Position numbers and translations under genes: made by a program. DNA of 63,384 nucleotides, the filler included, from Lenisia limosa (lineage: Eukaryota > Protista > Breviatea), in NCBI GenBank assembly GCA_001655205.1. It is 11 parts of 11 records of this genome, joined end to end, with 100 filler letters (N's around TTAATTAATTAA, not from the genome) between each part and the next. Parts side by side here need not be neighbours in the genome. Positions count along the whole stretch, not along the records: positions 1 to 8,312 come from LPNZ01006083.1; positions 8,413 to 9,757 come from LPNZ01002216.1; positions 9,858 to 11,520 come from LPNZ01003283.1; 8 more parts are not named here. One strand, 5' to 3'. This document shows, one piece after another, positions 1-11,620 of the stretch (the first letter of the stretch is position 1; every line of letters begins with the position of its first letter). The notes beneath the pieces are model-generated. The model was given only the letters and a program-made list of their open reading frames with translations, was not told where the DNA came from and did no database searches.

Positions 1-1651
1 GTGGACATAACATACGAATCCTATTTTTGTGTCATTTTCCACGCAATGATATGTTACCTCATATCGATTCGTGTTATAATTGACTGATAAGTCCCAATGG
101 TACACTCTAAATGTACTCGCATCTCTATTTATAATTTCGAGTCGAAAATCGGTTATATGAGCCTGTCACTAGTGAATATGGATATATGTGATACACATGA
201 GAAGATGAGGGAATATTATACATATTACTTAAGAATATGGGTGGAAAAGATAGCACAAACGATTTTTCAGACTTGTATTGATATCCTTTGTCCAAATCAC
301 ACGCGTGATCACACCTGATGCTAGTTCACACCATTAATTGATTAATAGGGGTTAATACGAGTTATTTTTGACAATTTTAGGTTGGCTCTCGTGAAGTTTT
401 TATGTTGTCTTGTTTCTCTTATTTTAATTTTGAAATACATTTTTAACTCTATTATCCATTGTTTCCAAGACGAAAAGTACACACAAAGACGGAACAAAAA
501 GAGGACTATCCTCAAAAACAAGACATGTTTCAAAATCTGCCCCTTTGGGGGTTTACAACGTTGATTTTGGGCTTGTTTTTTTTTTGTTTCATAAATTGTC
601 CTATTTTNNNNNNNNNNNNNNNNNNNNNNNNNNNNNNNNNNNNNNNNNNNNNNNNNNNNNNNNNNNNNNNNNNNNNNNNNNNNNNGATAAGTACCTTCAT
701 GTTTTACTGCAATTTTCTTCGTTTTATCATGATATAATAACTTTTTGAGTAATTGCCTTCAAAAAACTTGGACATCAATAAAAAGAATTTTGGTAATTTC
801 AGTCAAAATATCAGGCTTCATATCTGGAGCCTACTAACACCATTTTAAAATCAGATTCGACCATTTTAAGGGTTTTGGGGGTCTGACTTTCTGTTTCTAA
901 CGTCATTATAAGTTTTAAAGGGCTGTCAAAGAGAAAAGGCTGTTTTTTAGACTTTCAAAGCCCTATTTTCCTAATTAGGCAAGTAAGGAACTTTCTGGAA
1001 CTTTCGGGGTCCGAATCATAAAAATATCGCAAAAGTTATGAAACTCACATACTTAATTCCAAATTTGAGAACATCCCAAAATAACAAAAAGAGCAAGATT
1101 TTTGAACTGATTATTTCAGAAAATGACCCCGGGCGCCCGGCCCGGAGTGCCAATTTTCCTGCAATTTGTGTGAAATTTTACATGCGGTCATTATTTTATT
1201 TCTATTGGTTTTTAAGTTAATAAAAATATCGGGATTTATAGGGTTTTATAGGTTCCGTTCATGCATATATATGTACTAATATACGTACATGTAGTATATT
1301 CATATGATAAGTAATATGTAAATGTACTACGTCAGAGATACGAAGAAGTGGCGGTTCAAATGTGATCAGTGTAAAACTATGAATTTAAGCGTGTGCTTAC
1401 TGAATTCTCGTCTTGGGATGAGTAGTTGACAGTGACATTGGAGAAACGTGTTTCCGACCCCATTGCTCCATAACTCACTCCAATCACAATAGTAGCCCCT
1501 AAGATGTCAATGAACTCTGCTCAAATGTTTATATACAGGACTATGTAGACTTATCCCGATCACTGTATATAATTTATTCCGGCAAGTATATGTCGTCAAT
1601 AAATATAACTTAGAGCACAAACCAAGTCCTTCAGTAACAGTGATTTCAGTG

Positions 1652-3849
1652 TTACGAATTGAAAGTTCCTAAACAGTCAAACTTGGAGACAAACGGCCAA
1701 TATAACATATGATTTGATGAATATTTCAAAGGCAATTGAGACAAAGAATTTGTATAGGGACCAACTGCAGTAGATGAAGCGTGTTCCAAAAGAATAGGCC
1801 CATTAGGTTTCCCTAAAATGTGTGAAATAGCGATTGATAAATGCCTAAATTCCCGAATCACATTTGGGTGGTCGTCCTAAATATATATATGATAATATAT
1901 TATATGATATATAGTACCTAATTTTCGGCCTGACCCCCATCTCATATGTATACAAAGTGTACCCAATATGAGCTGACCCCACGCACCGTGCGTACAAAAG
2001 TATCTACTTTGCAATTACTTTTGTAAAATTATTTTCTACAAAATTCCTTATTAAGTTTTCAATCCAATTTTATTCAAAAACAGATAATCCTTTGCCTCTA
2101 CATCAAGAACAACAAAAGATAGTTTTTTTTAGAAGGTCTTTTTGTTGGGATTTTTCCTCTTTGAAATCACAGGTCAAGGCTTATCTCGGTCACTGTACAT
2201 ATCATATATTTTTATTATATGTAGATTGTTCGACCACCCTTACCGGTGTGAATTAATTTGAGTGCATTGAAGGCCAAATACTCGGCTTTAAACTCGGAAA
2301 TTAGAGGGGCCTGAAAGGAGATTATTGAAATTGATTGGTAAGATTAACATTTTATTAACCTACAGTGATATTGAGAATATGGTACTCTCCGAAAATAAAT
2401 AAACTTCTTGAGACCTAAACTACTATTAAAGACAAGTTCACTGAACTGCTATTACCTTGGAAGACACAGGAGTACAGTGAAGGTCATTTGTAAGAACTAT
2501 CGTGTTCACTGAGTTAGAATCCATTCTAAAATTATCAAATATTGGGGGTAGGGCATTGTCAAGGTATCAGACTTACGCTGTTTGTAACTGTGTGCAACTA
2601 TTCACGAGAACAACACTCGGGCTACTCACTACACAATAATAAATTGGAGGTAAGGCTTCACTTCGGTTCGAAAAAGACCGGTAAAATATCGATAGTTTTC
2701 GGATTTATCGAGAAATTCATTCTTTTTTTGAACCGAAGTGAAGACCAAGTTGGAAGTCTTCAAAAGATCCCGGCTTTAGCTAGCTTACAATCACATCGTT
2801 TTTTGACAGAGAAGCCAGCTGGTATTTCATCCTCTACTGTGTATGGGAGGAATCTGAAATAGTCAGTTACAAACAGCAAAGGACAAACTCACTTTTGAAG
2901 ACCTTGTGGACAATGTGACGGTACCTCACAGTTTCCTGTTGAAGGCGTTTGACAGTCCGCTCCTGAATGTAAAATGGCATTAACTCGTCCAGATTAATCA
3001 AATGTATGCATTGTTGTACTGACCTAAAGGGAACCACGATGCGAAGCTACTTGCGGATACATGGGGATGAGGCGATTCTGATGCTACAGGGTAACAACAC
3101 CAAACAAGGCGGCTTGGATCCAAATAGAATCACACTGATATTTGTGAGTTCAAGACCACTTTTAACAGTTGTAATGGCAATCATCAACAGTTGATTGCTT
3201 GGGTATTTGTATCCGTGACCCACATAAAAGGCATGAGCTATCAAGAGGTGATACAAAGCCAAATTGACACTGAGGACTGTTGTTGGCAAAGTCATATGTG
3301 TCCAGACGGGTTGGAACAGGAAGGCTCAAAACTGCAAGAAAATTATAAAAGGCATGTCAATTAAGGAAAATTGGCAGGTGATAGAGGAAAGATTCGACTT
3401 TCGAAGGAATCAAGAAGGTCTGACAATGGTCATTCGCCTTGGGTCATGTGATCATACCAAAATATCAATACCAAGAACTCAATCCACCCGTAGTAATTGA
3501 TTTGATTGATGCAAGAAACAATGAAATAATTGAGAAACAATGGAAAAACTATGTATTAAAAAAGAGAATGTATGGAAACCAGAGATAGGATAGGATGTGC
3601 GTCGGAGTCGGAATGATGAATGAATGGTCAACGCAGCACTTGGCATAGGAATCCTAATATTCCCATCCGCATGCGCGGAATATTAATGATAGAGTAACAG
3701 CAGTATATAACAGAGAAGAAAGGAGGAGTAGATCCATTAGATAAGCTGAAATCAAGGAACTAATAATATGACAACTCACCGAAGCCTGTAATTGTCACCA
3801 AAATCGTCCCAAAAAAGAGCAATACATTAGAGTATTGTAACGACACCAT
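1652..3849 (-). CDS. Multi-exon gene, probably a membrane protein, unidentified; exon structure only partly resolved
   Basis: ATG at 3849 gives hydrophobic MVSLQYSNVLLFFGTILVTITGF followed by a GTGAGT donor. Further minus-strand AG/GT-bounded segments lie at about 3050-3330, 2780-2970, 2230-2480 and 1650-1810. Frames could not be joined unambiguously. Confidence 0.4.
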
Positions 3850-4180
3850 GTAAAAGCCTAAATAAAAACTGTCGGCTGCTATGGCCTGTATATTTTTTAT
3901 AACGTGGCTTTTTACAGCCTCTCTTGCAGCTGTCTCGTTTTCTTACTCTTCTGTCTACACTATACAAGCCTAGCAGCTTTGAATAAGAATAAGAACGAGA
4001 AGAGCGCCACTATCACAAGTTCTCCGATCTCCCGATCAACCTTCTTTTAAGTTTCGTCCGTTGCTTGCCCGGTTCTCTTTCCCACTCAGTCATCACCAAC
4101 AATAGTGCTTCTTGTTAGAATAGAAGTAGAAAGAAAGAAGGGAAACACTTGAGAAGAAAGCAGCAGCAAGTGACGTGACT

Positions 4181-6186
4181 ATGGCAGCTCCCGTTCCTCC
4201 TCCGATCTCTACCGGAGCCTGTTTGAGGGCAATATTGGATTTTATGATGTCTAAGCACGGGTGTATCTTTATTCACCGAAATACCAAAGATCTTCACCAT
4301 CCTTCAACAAAACCTTGTTTTTTTTTAGCCATTTACAGCACAGCATTTTTGAATCGTTAAGTTAATAGTTTACACATATGTTAATTTAAATTGCGCACTT
4401 TCCATAACCCTCGGGTATTTTTTGACAAAATGTGAAATTTAGTGGTCTGAAATCGGGTTGTGTTATGGCGCATTGATTTTATTTTTTAGTTAAAAATTGG
4501 TAAAAAAAAATTGTTAACCTCGTGTGTTGTCAGCCAACAGAGTTATTTTGGGCTTTTCTTTTTCATAAATTTTTCAATTTTACTGTCAGCCAGCAGATTT
4601 GATTTGGGCTTTTTTGTTTNNNNNNNNNNNNNNNNNNNNNNNNNNNNNNNNNNNNNNNNNNNNNNNNNNNNNNNNNNNNNNNNNNNNNNNNNNCCCAGCC
4701 GATCATGTCCAAGACTCTCTCACTTTCTGTATGTCTCACAATCATGAATGATTGAAGCTGATTAGCAACCAACTGACATATGGCACACTCATACACAAAT
4801 AGGGCTTCACTTCAGTTCAATTTAAGACTGAATTTCAGGATAAATCTTTGATAAATATCGATATTTTATCAGTCTTTTTCGAACTGAAGTGAATCCCTAA
4901 ACACAACACAGATGTCCACCTCATGTTTTAGGTGAACAATCCGGTGTGGACTTTGTGATTCTGCCCCTTCGGTCCCCTGCGGTTTGTAGGAGATGCTGAC
5001 TTCACGTCAGTCTGAATATACAATATTATTCCTCGAATATAATCGAGGATTTATCGGGAAATTTTGACTGATTTGATAGGCGTAGGGAATCCATAGATAT
5101 TATTCAACAAGTGGACATCTTAGTATAAACCGTTTAGTCTTGTGTTAGCATAGCTTCAGCATGGATATGGGACATCTTAGTATTACTGTTTAGTCCAATG
5201 TTGGCGACAGCTTCAGCAAGCGATGCGCTCATTTCGTCAATGACAACAAACAAAAGGAGGTCTTGCATCATTCAAGTTACTGGTGGTGGGCCTGGGTGAT
5301 TGAGTCTTTTTTTGGGTTATCTCTTCAAAAGCTAATTGTGGTATGCTGTGTTTACAGCTTCACTTTAGTTTCCATAAGACTGGCCATTATCGAGGATTTA
5401 TCGAAAATTCCGTCTTTGTTCGTAACCTAAAGTGAAGCACAAGCTGTAATTGAGTCTTTTTGGAGTTATCTGACTGTTACATCCATGTGCTTTCGGCATG
5501 TTCTTTGCTATATTTTTTCCCTTTGGGTTCCAAAAATAGCTGGATTCTAGATAAATCCTCGATAAATCCCCGATAAATATAAATGAAAGGGAAGCTCTTG
5601 TTGGTCAACCTCTCACCTCCTCAGCTCGTTATTCCTAACAACCCAGCAAGNNNNNNNNNNNNNNNNNNNNNNNNNNNNNNNNNNNNNNNNNNNNNNNNNN
5701 NNNNNNNNNNNNNNNNNNNNNNNNNNNNNNNNNNNNNNNNNNNNNNNNNNNNNNNNNNNNNNNNNNNNNNNNNNNNNNCTCCTTGCAGAAAAGGTTGGAG
5801 GCAGATGATTATGCCTTTACTTCTGTTCGAAAAAGACTGGTAAAGCATCGATAGTTTTCGAGGATTCATCGAGAAAGAGTTATATCACTATCACCCAAGC
5901 TACACTTTATGTCTGCTGGAGTGATGGGATGCAGTGCTACAAATGTTGGTTGTTTTTACAACAGAGTTGATTCTGGGCTTTTGTGTTTCATAAATTTTCC
6001 ATTCTTACCTCTGCCCTAGGTGTTCCACGAGGAAGTTAAATGGGCCTCACATTTGAGCCTTCCTACCCTCCTCCTGCCTGCACCCCAAAACACCTGTCCC
6101 AAATTCTCTCGTCTTGTTTCTCAGGTTTGTGTTTGATTATCTTCATCACCATCTTCATCATCATCACTATCATCATCATCATCACT

Positions 6187-6218
<32 letters not shown>

Positions 6219-8298
6219 CATCATCAGCATAACCGCTCAGATTCTTCAAAGCTCTGAAACCACGTCTTTTTGGGTTCGCCTACCACTCTCTGGTAGGGGG
6301 GTGGTTTGTAAAATGTGTGAAGGCACGAAGATGGATGTATAAACAGAGTAGTAAGGCAAATGATTGGGCGAATTAATATCCTGGGGAGGCAAGCAGAAAG
6401 CTCTGTGTACAGAGTTGTAAGGCAAATGATTGGGTAAATTACAAGAGACGACAATCAAGTATCCCTTTTTGAGCGTGATGGTGGACGGCTTCGGCCGAAT
6501 ACAAGCTTGTTTTATTTATTCATACTACATCATATGATATACGAGTTGCCTAGGCTTTGTTTTTTCGTTGTTCTTTTTTGTTTTGGGCTTTGTTTGTTTC
6601 AAAAAATTTCCAATTGATCACCCTCCCCTCCTAGGTAATGATGGCGAAAGTCGGGAAATGTGGCAGAGATGGAACAGACTTCATGCTGCGGTAAACTTCC
6701 ACCCCCGTTTGGTGCCCGGTTGGGGGGGGGGGGGNNNNNNNNNNNNNNNNNNNNNNNNNNNNNNNNNNNNNNNNNNNNNNAAAATAGTAATATAAGTGTG
6801 GTAAGTAATTAAAATGAGCCTTCTGGAAAATCCAAATCGGTCAAGACTTCTCCCGGTTACTGTATAATATATGATATACATTTCTTCTCACCCCCCTCAC
6901 AGTCCCGGATCTCGGACAGCAGCTCCCATCCCAATCCGTTATGGACCAGTGGAAGGGTGAACAAGTTCGTGCATGTGAGCAAGTGTATTCTCTTTTTTTT
7001 GTTGAACGGGTTTTTGTGTGAATGATCGTACATGTGAGCTTTTAGCCATTTTACCTCTGCATTTTCCGTAGCATCTTTCATTTTATTCCTGTGTCGCTCC
7101 TTCACTTCATTCCTTTATTGACACACTCCTGGAGAGAATGTGTATTGTTTGTAATGGTCTTTCCATTAAGTTAATTTGGACACCTAACATTACTACCACC
7201 TTGTTTTGATGCATTCTAGTCCTTCTCTCCACTAGTGCGTTTGTTGCAAATACTGTAGGACGCCCCACTCTCCTCAAAGCCCACAGAGAAGCTGTGGTAC
7301 AGTTTGCTCGAGTGGGGGGGAGGGGGGACCTGAAAATCGGTTGTATGCCTATATTATATCATTGGTGAATTATGTGTCAAATTTTTTTACATTCGTAATT
7401 TATTTATATGTACATTATTACATACTATTCTCAGCTTTTTATCTAACATATATTTGATTTGAAGCAATTTATTATAAGCCTCTGCCAGAGACGACCAACT
7501 TGTATTTCTCATCTCTACTTCTGTTATATACTATATAAAAAAAACATATTTGCATATATATATTACATGTATATATAATATACTATTTCTTCTCTATCTT
7601 ACTCATTTTTAGTTCAAAGCCCAACTCGTTTTCTGTGACATCACCACTCTCTCGTAAGCGGAAAAAGAACACTCTTTAGGATATTTCTGAGAGGAACATA
7701 ATAAGACATGGAAGGCTCATGAGGGACTCAAAAAGTTAGTAATACCCAATTTCTAGATATCGATATATATCCGATTTTTTTATTTTTTTTTTTGATGAAA
7801 AAAACCTCCCATTTTCATGGATATGTATGAGGCTACATTGACCATTTTAGCTTGGAACAGGAAATCGAGTATGTTCAATACCTGTGGCAGCAGAAAACCA
7901 CTTGGACTGACGAAGATATGATTGAAGATACCTACCTTGATTTCTTACAGGTAGGGGGNNNNNNNNNNNNNNNNNNNNNNNNNNNNNNNNNNNNNNNNNN
8001 NNNNNNNNNNNNNNNNNNNNNNNNNNNNNNNNNNNNNNNNNNNNNNNNNNNNNNNNNNNNNNNNNNNNNNTGCCTCTGATAATAAGATAATAATGATATT
8101 CATGTACAGTGACCGGGATAAGTATTGACCGATTTTCCTAGGGAGCAAATCGGTCAAGACTTATCCTGGTCACTGTGTATGTTTTTGTTCCAGACTTTAC
8201 CACTGCAGGCACCCCTGCAACCCCTCATGGACAACCTCGATAGTGCGACTTACGAAGTGTTTGAGAGAGACCCTGTCAAATACGTGCGGTATAAGGAG
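4181..8298 (+). CDS. PRMT5: Protein arginine N-methyltransferase 5 (Skb1/Hsl7), TIM-barrel part; 3' end truncated by scaffold end
   Basis: Exons include [13 protein letters not shown]; [12 protein letters not shown] (4931-); [20 protein letters not shown] (6020-6124); TSFWVRLPL (6241-6292); MWQRWNRLH (6635-); [15 protein letters not shown]; [14 protein letters not shown]; [25 protein letters not shown] (8209-8298), the PRMT5 signature [24 protein letters not shown]. Confidence 0.95.
4517..4619 (+). repeat. Family D intronic acceptor-proximal repeat (PRMT5 intron 1)
   Basis: aacctcgtgtgttgtcagccaacagagttattttgggcttttctttttcataaatttt, then a gap, then the cccAG acceptor at about 4698. Confidence 0.85.
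4800..4899. mobile_element. Family A MITE (hAT-like, about 100 bp)
   Basis: TIRs TAGGGCTTCACTTC..GAAGTGAATCCCTA; flanks tacacaaa/aacacaac look like a degenerate 8-bp TSD. Confidence 0.85.
6142..6227 (+). repeat. (ATC)n microsatellite in a PRMT5 intron
   Basis: Imperfect ATC/CAT repeat filling most of intron 6125-6240. Confidence 0.9.
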
Positions 8299-8312
8299 GT
8301 GGGGGGGGGGGG

Positions 8313-8412
8313 NNNNNNNNNNNNNNNNNNNNNNNNNNNNNNNNNNNNNNNNNNNNTTAATTAATTAANNNNNNNNNNNNNNNNNNNNNNNNNNNNNNNN
8401 NNNNNNNNNNNN
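8313..8412. other. Artificial scaffold linker (first of 10)
   Basis: 44 N + TTAATTAATTAA + 44 N. The same 100-nt linker occurs at 9758-9857, 11521-11620, 15847-15946, 18033-18132, 32086-32185, 38434-38533, 44036-44135, 57593-57692 and 61366-61465. Genes break off at these points. Confidence 0.98.
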
Positions 8413-9608
8413 TCAAGTCGGTCTGATCAACCCATCCCTTGCTTGCTACTAATTCTCGAAGGACTTCCAGGGAAGGTTGGGACATGTCCTCCTGGGGTGG
8501 AGGGGGGTAAAACGAGGAAAATATCGATGAAGAATATTGGCGCAAAGGTATTAATCACGAGCCAAATTATCTGAAAAACTCTCAAACGAAGAAAATTTAT
8601 GTAAGAAAAGAAATAACTCTTGTCCTAGCGGATGTTTCATGGGGNNNNNNNNNNNNNNNNNNNNNNNNNNNNNNNNNNNNNNNNNNNNNNNNNNNNNNNN
8701 NNNNNNNNNNNNNNNNNNNNNNNNNNNNNNNNNNNNNNNNNNNNNNNNNNNNNNNNNNNNNNNNNNNNNNNNNNNNNNNNNNNNNNNNNNNNNNNNNNNN
8801 NNNNNNNNNNNNNNNNACACCCTTCCCACTCTAGGTTTAGAACAATGAAGGTCTTCAGTCACCAGGATCAGTCGCTGATTAACGGGAGGGCCGTACACTC
8901 CCTTCCTATGTCGATCCAACTGGGTGTCGACTAGCTCTTGGACCTACACGTGTTATGATAATGTTATATATAGGGCTTCACGTCGGAAAAGACTGAATTT
9001 CTCAAAAAAAGCTTCGAAAACTATCGATATTTTGCACGTCTTTTTCGAACAGAAGTGATTAAAGTTGAGAAATATTGCCTGATATTTATGATCCTAGTTT
9101 CAATTGAGACTACTCATAGTCTCATTCTCATACTACCTCTCCTCACGTTGACAGGCAGCAAAGACGCGGACATCGGACACTGCACAGAAACAAATTTGTT
9201 TGGCAGGCTGTGCATGAAAGAGGCTATTTCCACCGACTTTCCAGTTCCGACAGGACCCGCGAAAGCAACGTGCGCTCCGCCAGAGATGAGGAAACTGGGG
9301 ATATTAGGGAAAAAAAAATAGCTCCTGCAAAATAAGTTACATATTTTGAGATAGTAATATGTTATCTTTACATAACCTCGAATAACTGTGAAATAAAACC
9401 ACTTGAAAATTATATAATCTCATGTTCAACACTAGAAATCAACCATGTTGGAGGGGTGGCTGTGTTGAAGCTAGTGCAGATGTGTATGGACATAAAAGAC
9501 ACACATACGAAATGGAATGAAACGCCCGGCAAAATTCCCCCTTTCGCACTTGGTAATATGCCGTCTCTGCAGGGACGCAATAGTAGATACCACCGGAGGG
9601 CCAGCAGC
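8413..9608 (-). CDS. Dynein heavy chain fragment, AAA3 module, axonemal (DNAH1/3/7/12-like) type
   Basis: Four exons join to STIASLQRRHITNFLISGGAHVAFAGPVGTGKSVEI..SASLLPVN|VQELVDTQLDRHRKGVYGPPVNQRLILVTEDLH|..QPSLEVLRELVASKGWVD. This matches axonemal AAA3: GPTGTGKS..LDKRRKGVFGPP..FVDDLNMP..QPPIELLRQ..GWYD. Confidence 0.85.
8492..8545 (-). repeat. Family D 3' part in a dynein intron (sense to the minus-strand gene)
   Basis: Reverse complement reads gcgccaatattcttcatcgatattttcctcgttttacccccctccaccccAG|gaggacatg. Confidence 0.8.
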
Positions 9609-9857
9609 CTAAGACGTTAGTGGCATGGTCGCATGGGAATGTGCATATCGTACCCCTATGTATTTATTTGTTTTCCAATATTATATTATTTATGTCATAT
9701 ATGACATAATATACAGAGATGAGAAATAAAACAAGGTAGTATCTGGCCGAAGCCGTCNNNNNNNNNNNNNNNNNNNNNNNNNNNNNNNNNNNNNNNNNNN
9801 NTTAATTAATTAANNNNNNNNNNNNNNNNNNNNNNNNNNNNNNNNNNNNNNNNNNNN

Positions 9858-11102
9858 CACGTGGCTGATGAGTTACATGTGTATACCTCGAGCCGAAGCC
9901 CTCAACCTCGCCAATCATCTCGCCGCCGCCGTGGGGGGGGGGATATACATGTATACGTATACTGACTGGAGAGGGAGAGAGAGAAAGAGAGTGATGAAGT
10001 TGGGGTGTTTTTCGAATAATGTTAAGTGTGGGGGTCCTCAGTTTCCATTTTATCTCCATACACTCCTTACCTCCCTAGGGATTGGTGACGTCATCTTCGG
10101 CCAATTTCTCGGTTCTTGACGACAGCACTCTCTGGTCCGTATCACGAGACGTGGGAGGGGGCGTAATCGTGGGGTTGAGAAATGGGATGAGTCCATCCTT
10201 CCACTTATTTCCACAGACCTCAGAAATCACGATGGAGGGTCACATGCACAAGAAGGGCTCAATTCGCATGAACTCCTATAATTTCGTCTTATGCGGCCCC
10301 AGATTGTCATATTTCAAGTAGGAGGGAGGCTCTCGTGCCAATTGTTACCCATTGCTCGACATAGTCTAGGGCATGGTACCCCCATGATGCATCGATAGAT
10401 TTTTAACATATTGCACTAGTCTTGATCTTAACACAATATCGCCCAAAGCGAGCCACGTCATATTTTAGGTCTCCGGAGGACCAGGCGGCAGGAAAGGTTC
10501 GCAACACTATCGACCTCCGAACCGCCGTACTGAGGCAGCTGCCTTATTTGAAGGTGAGAATGTTGTTCTCGTTACAAGATGTCCTGCTTCAAGTACCTAT
10601 TATTTTCAACATTAATTGTAGAGTCCTATAGAAACGAACACACGGTCACTTGTCATCTTCAGATTACTCAATTTCATCCACTCCTGTTTTACCCGTCCGT
10701 GTAGGGAGCCAAGGGGCCGGCTTTTGAGATCGTTTCTATCCGAGCCGACAAGGATACATGGCAACTCGGTGAGTGTTTGTAGTTAAGTATACACCGATCA
10801 AAAGTCTATTCTGGTTTTCTGAGGATCTGATTTGTGGTGGTCAAGACATACCACAATATTAGGAAGATGTCACAAGAATGCTTTAATTGGTCAAGATTGA
10901 GATTTCCCCTTTACCTATTGTTTTCGCGTGTATTGATTTGTTTTGTTATTTTCATCCCTCATTTTCTTAAATGCTTAGCTAAAAAAGAGTTGATTTTGGG
11001 TTTTCTCTTTTTTCAATTTCCTTCACACCCCCAGTGTGCTCAACCCAGGCAAGCTATGAAGAATGGGTGGAAGCTATTAAAGCACAGACAGGACAAAAAA
11101 TC
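9858..11102 (+). CDS. DEP + PH domain protein (pleckstrin-like arrangement), partial
   Basis: The DEP-like TWLMSYMCIPRAEALNLANHL is followed by PH-like exons ITMEGHMHKKGSIRMNSYNFVLCGPRLSYFK|SPEDQAAGKVRNTIDLR|..FEI..|CSTQASYEEWVEAIK, all with GT-AG boundaries. Confidence 0.72.
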
Positions 11103-11620
11103 GTTTAACTCCACCCCTTGGAAATTGTCAGACTTTCAAGGATCTTAGTCTGAAACAGGATGTGTACTTCATCTTTTGATACACTTTGTCGGGGATTCCA
11201 AGAGCGATGTTGGGATGGTTCAATAACCATATGAGGATGGTACATGGAGACTTAGTATATAGAAAGGCAACGACTTTGGTGCCTCCCAGAGGTACCAAAC
11301 AAGGGGGAACTTGTGATAACCTTGACACTTTTAATGGAGAGGAGCCTTTTTCTCTAATTTCAACATATAATATATACTCAGATGCATCCTTTAAACGCCT
11401 TTGAACCGAAAAAATCGATCATCACAACCTACTACTACCACATCCATACCATTACCTGGAATGTCAGGTGAATTGAAGAGCAATATATAAATTGGAAATA
11501 ATAAATATACTATATAAATANNNNNNNNNNNNNNNNNNNNNNNNNNNNNNNNNNNNNNNNNNNNTTAATTAATTAANNNNNNNNNNNNNNNNNNNNNNNN
11601 NNNNNNNNNNNNNNNNNNNN

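Noticed and set aside
2651-2747. GGTTCGAA as a tRNA T-loop
   Set aside because: It is part of the family A MITE TIR, and no cloverleaf or A-box is present. No tRNA or rRNA was found in the window.
8299-8312. 5' G-runs as the left TIR of family D
   Set aside because: In ungapped introns the sequence after the G-run is unrelated between introns and is not the reverse complement of D, so no TIR is demonstrated.
8357-8368. Recurring palindrome TTAATTAATTAA
   Set aside because: It is always centred in 44N+44N. This is an artificial six-frame-stop scaffold linker, so adjacency across it has no biological meaning.
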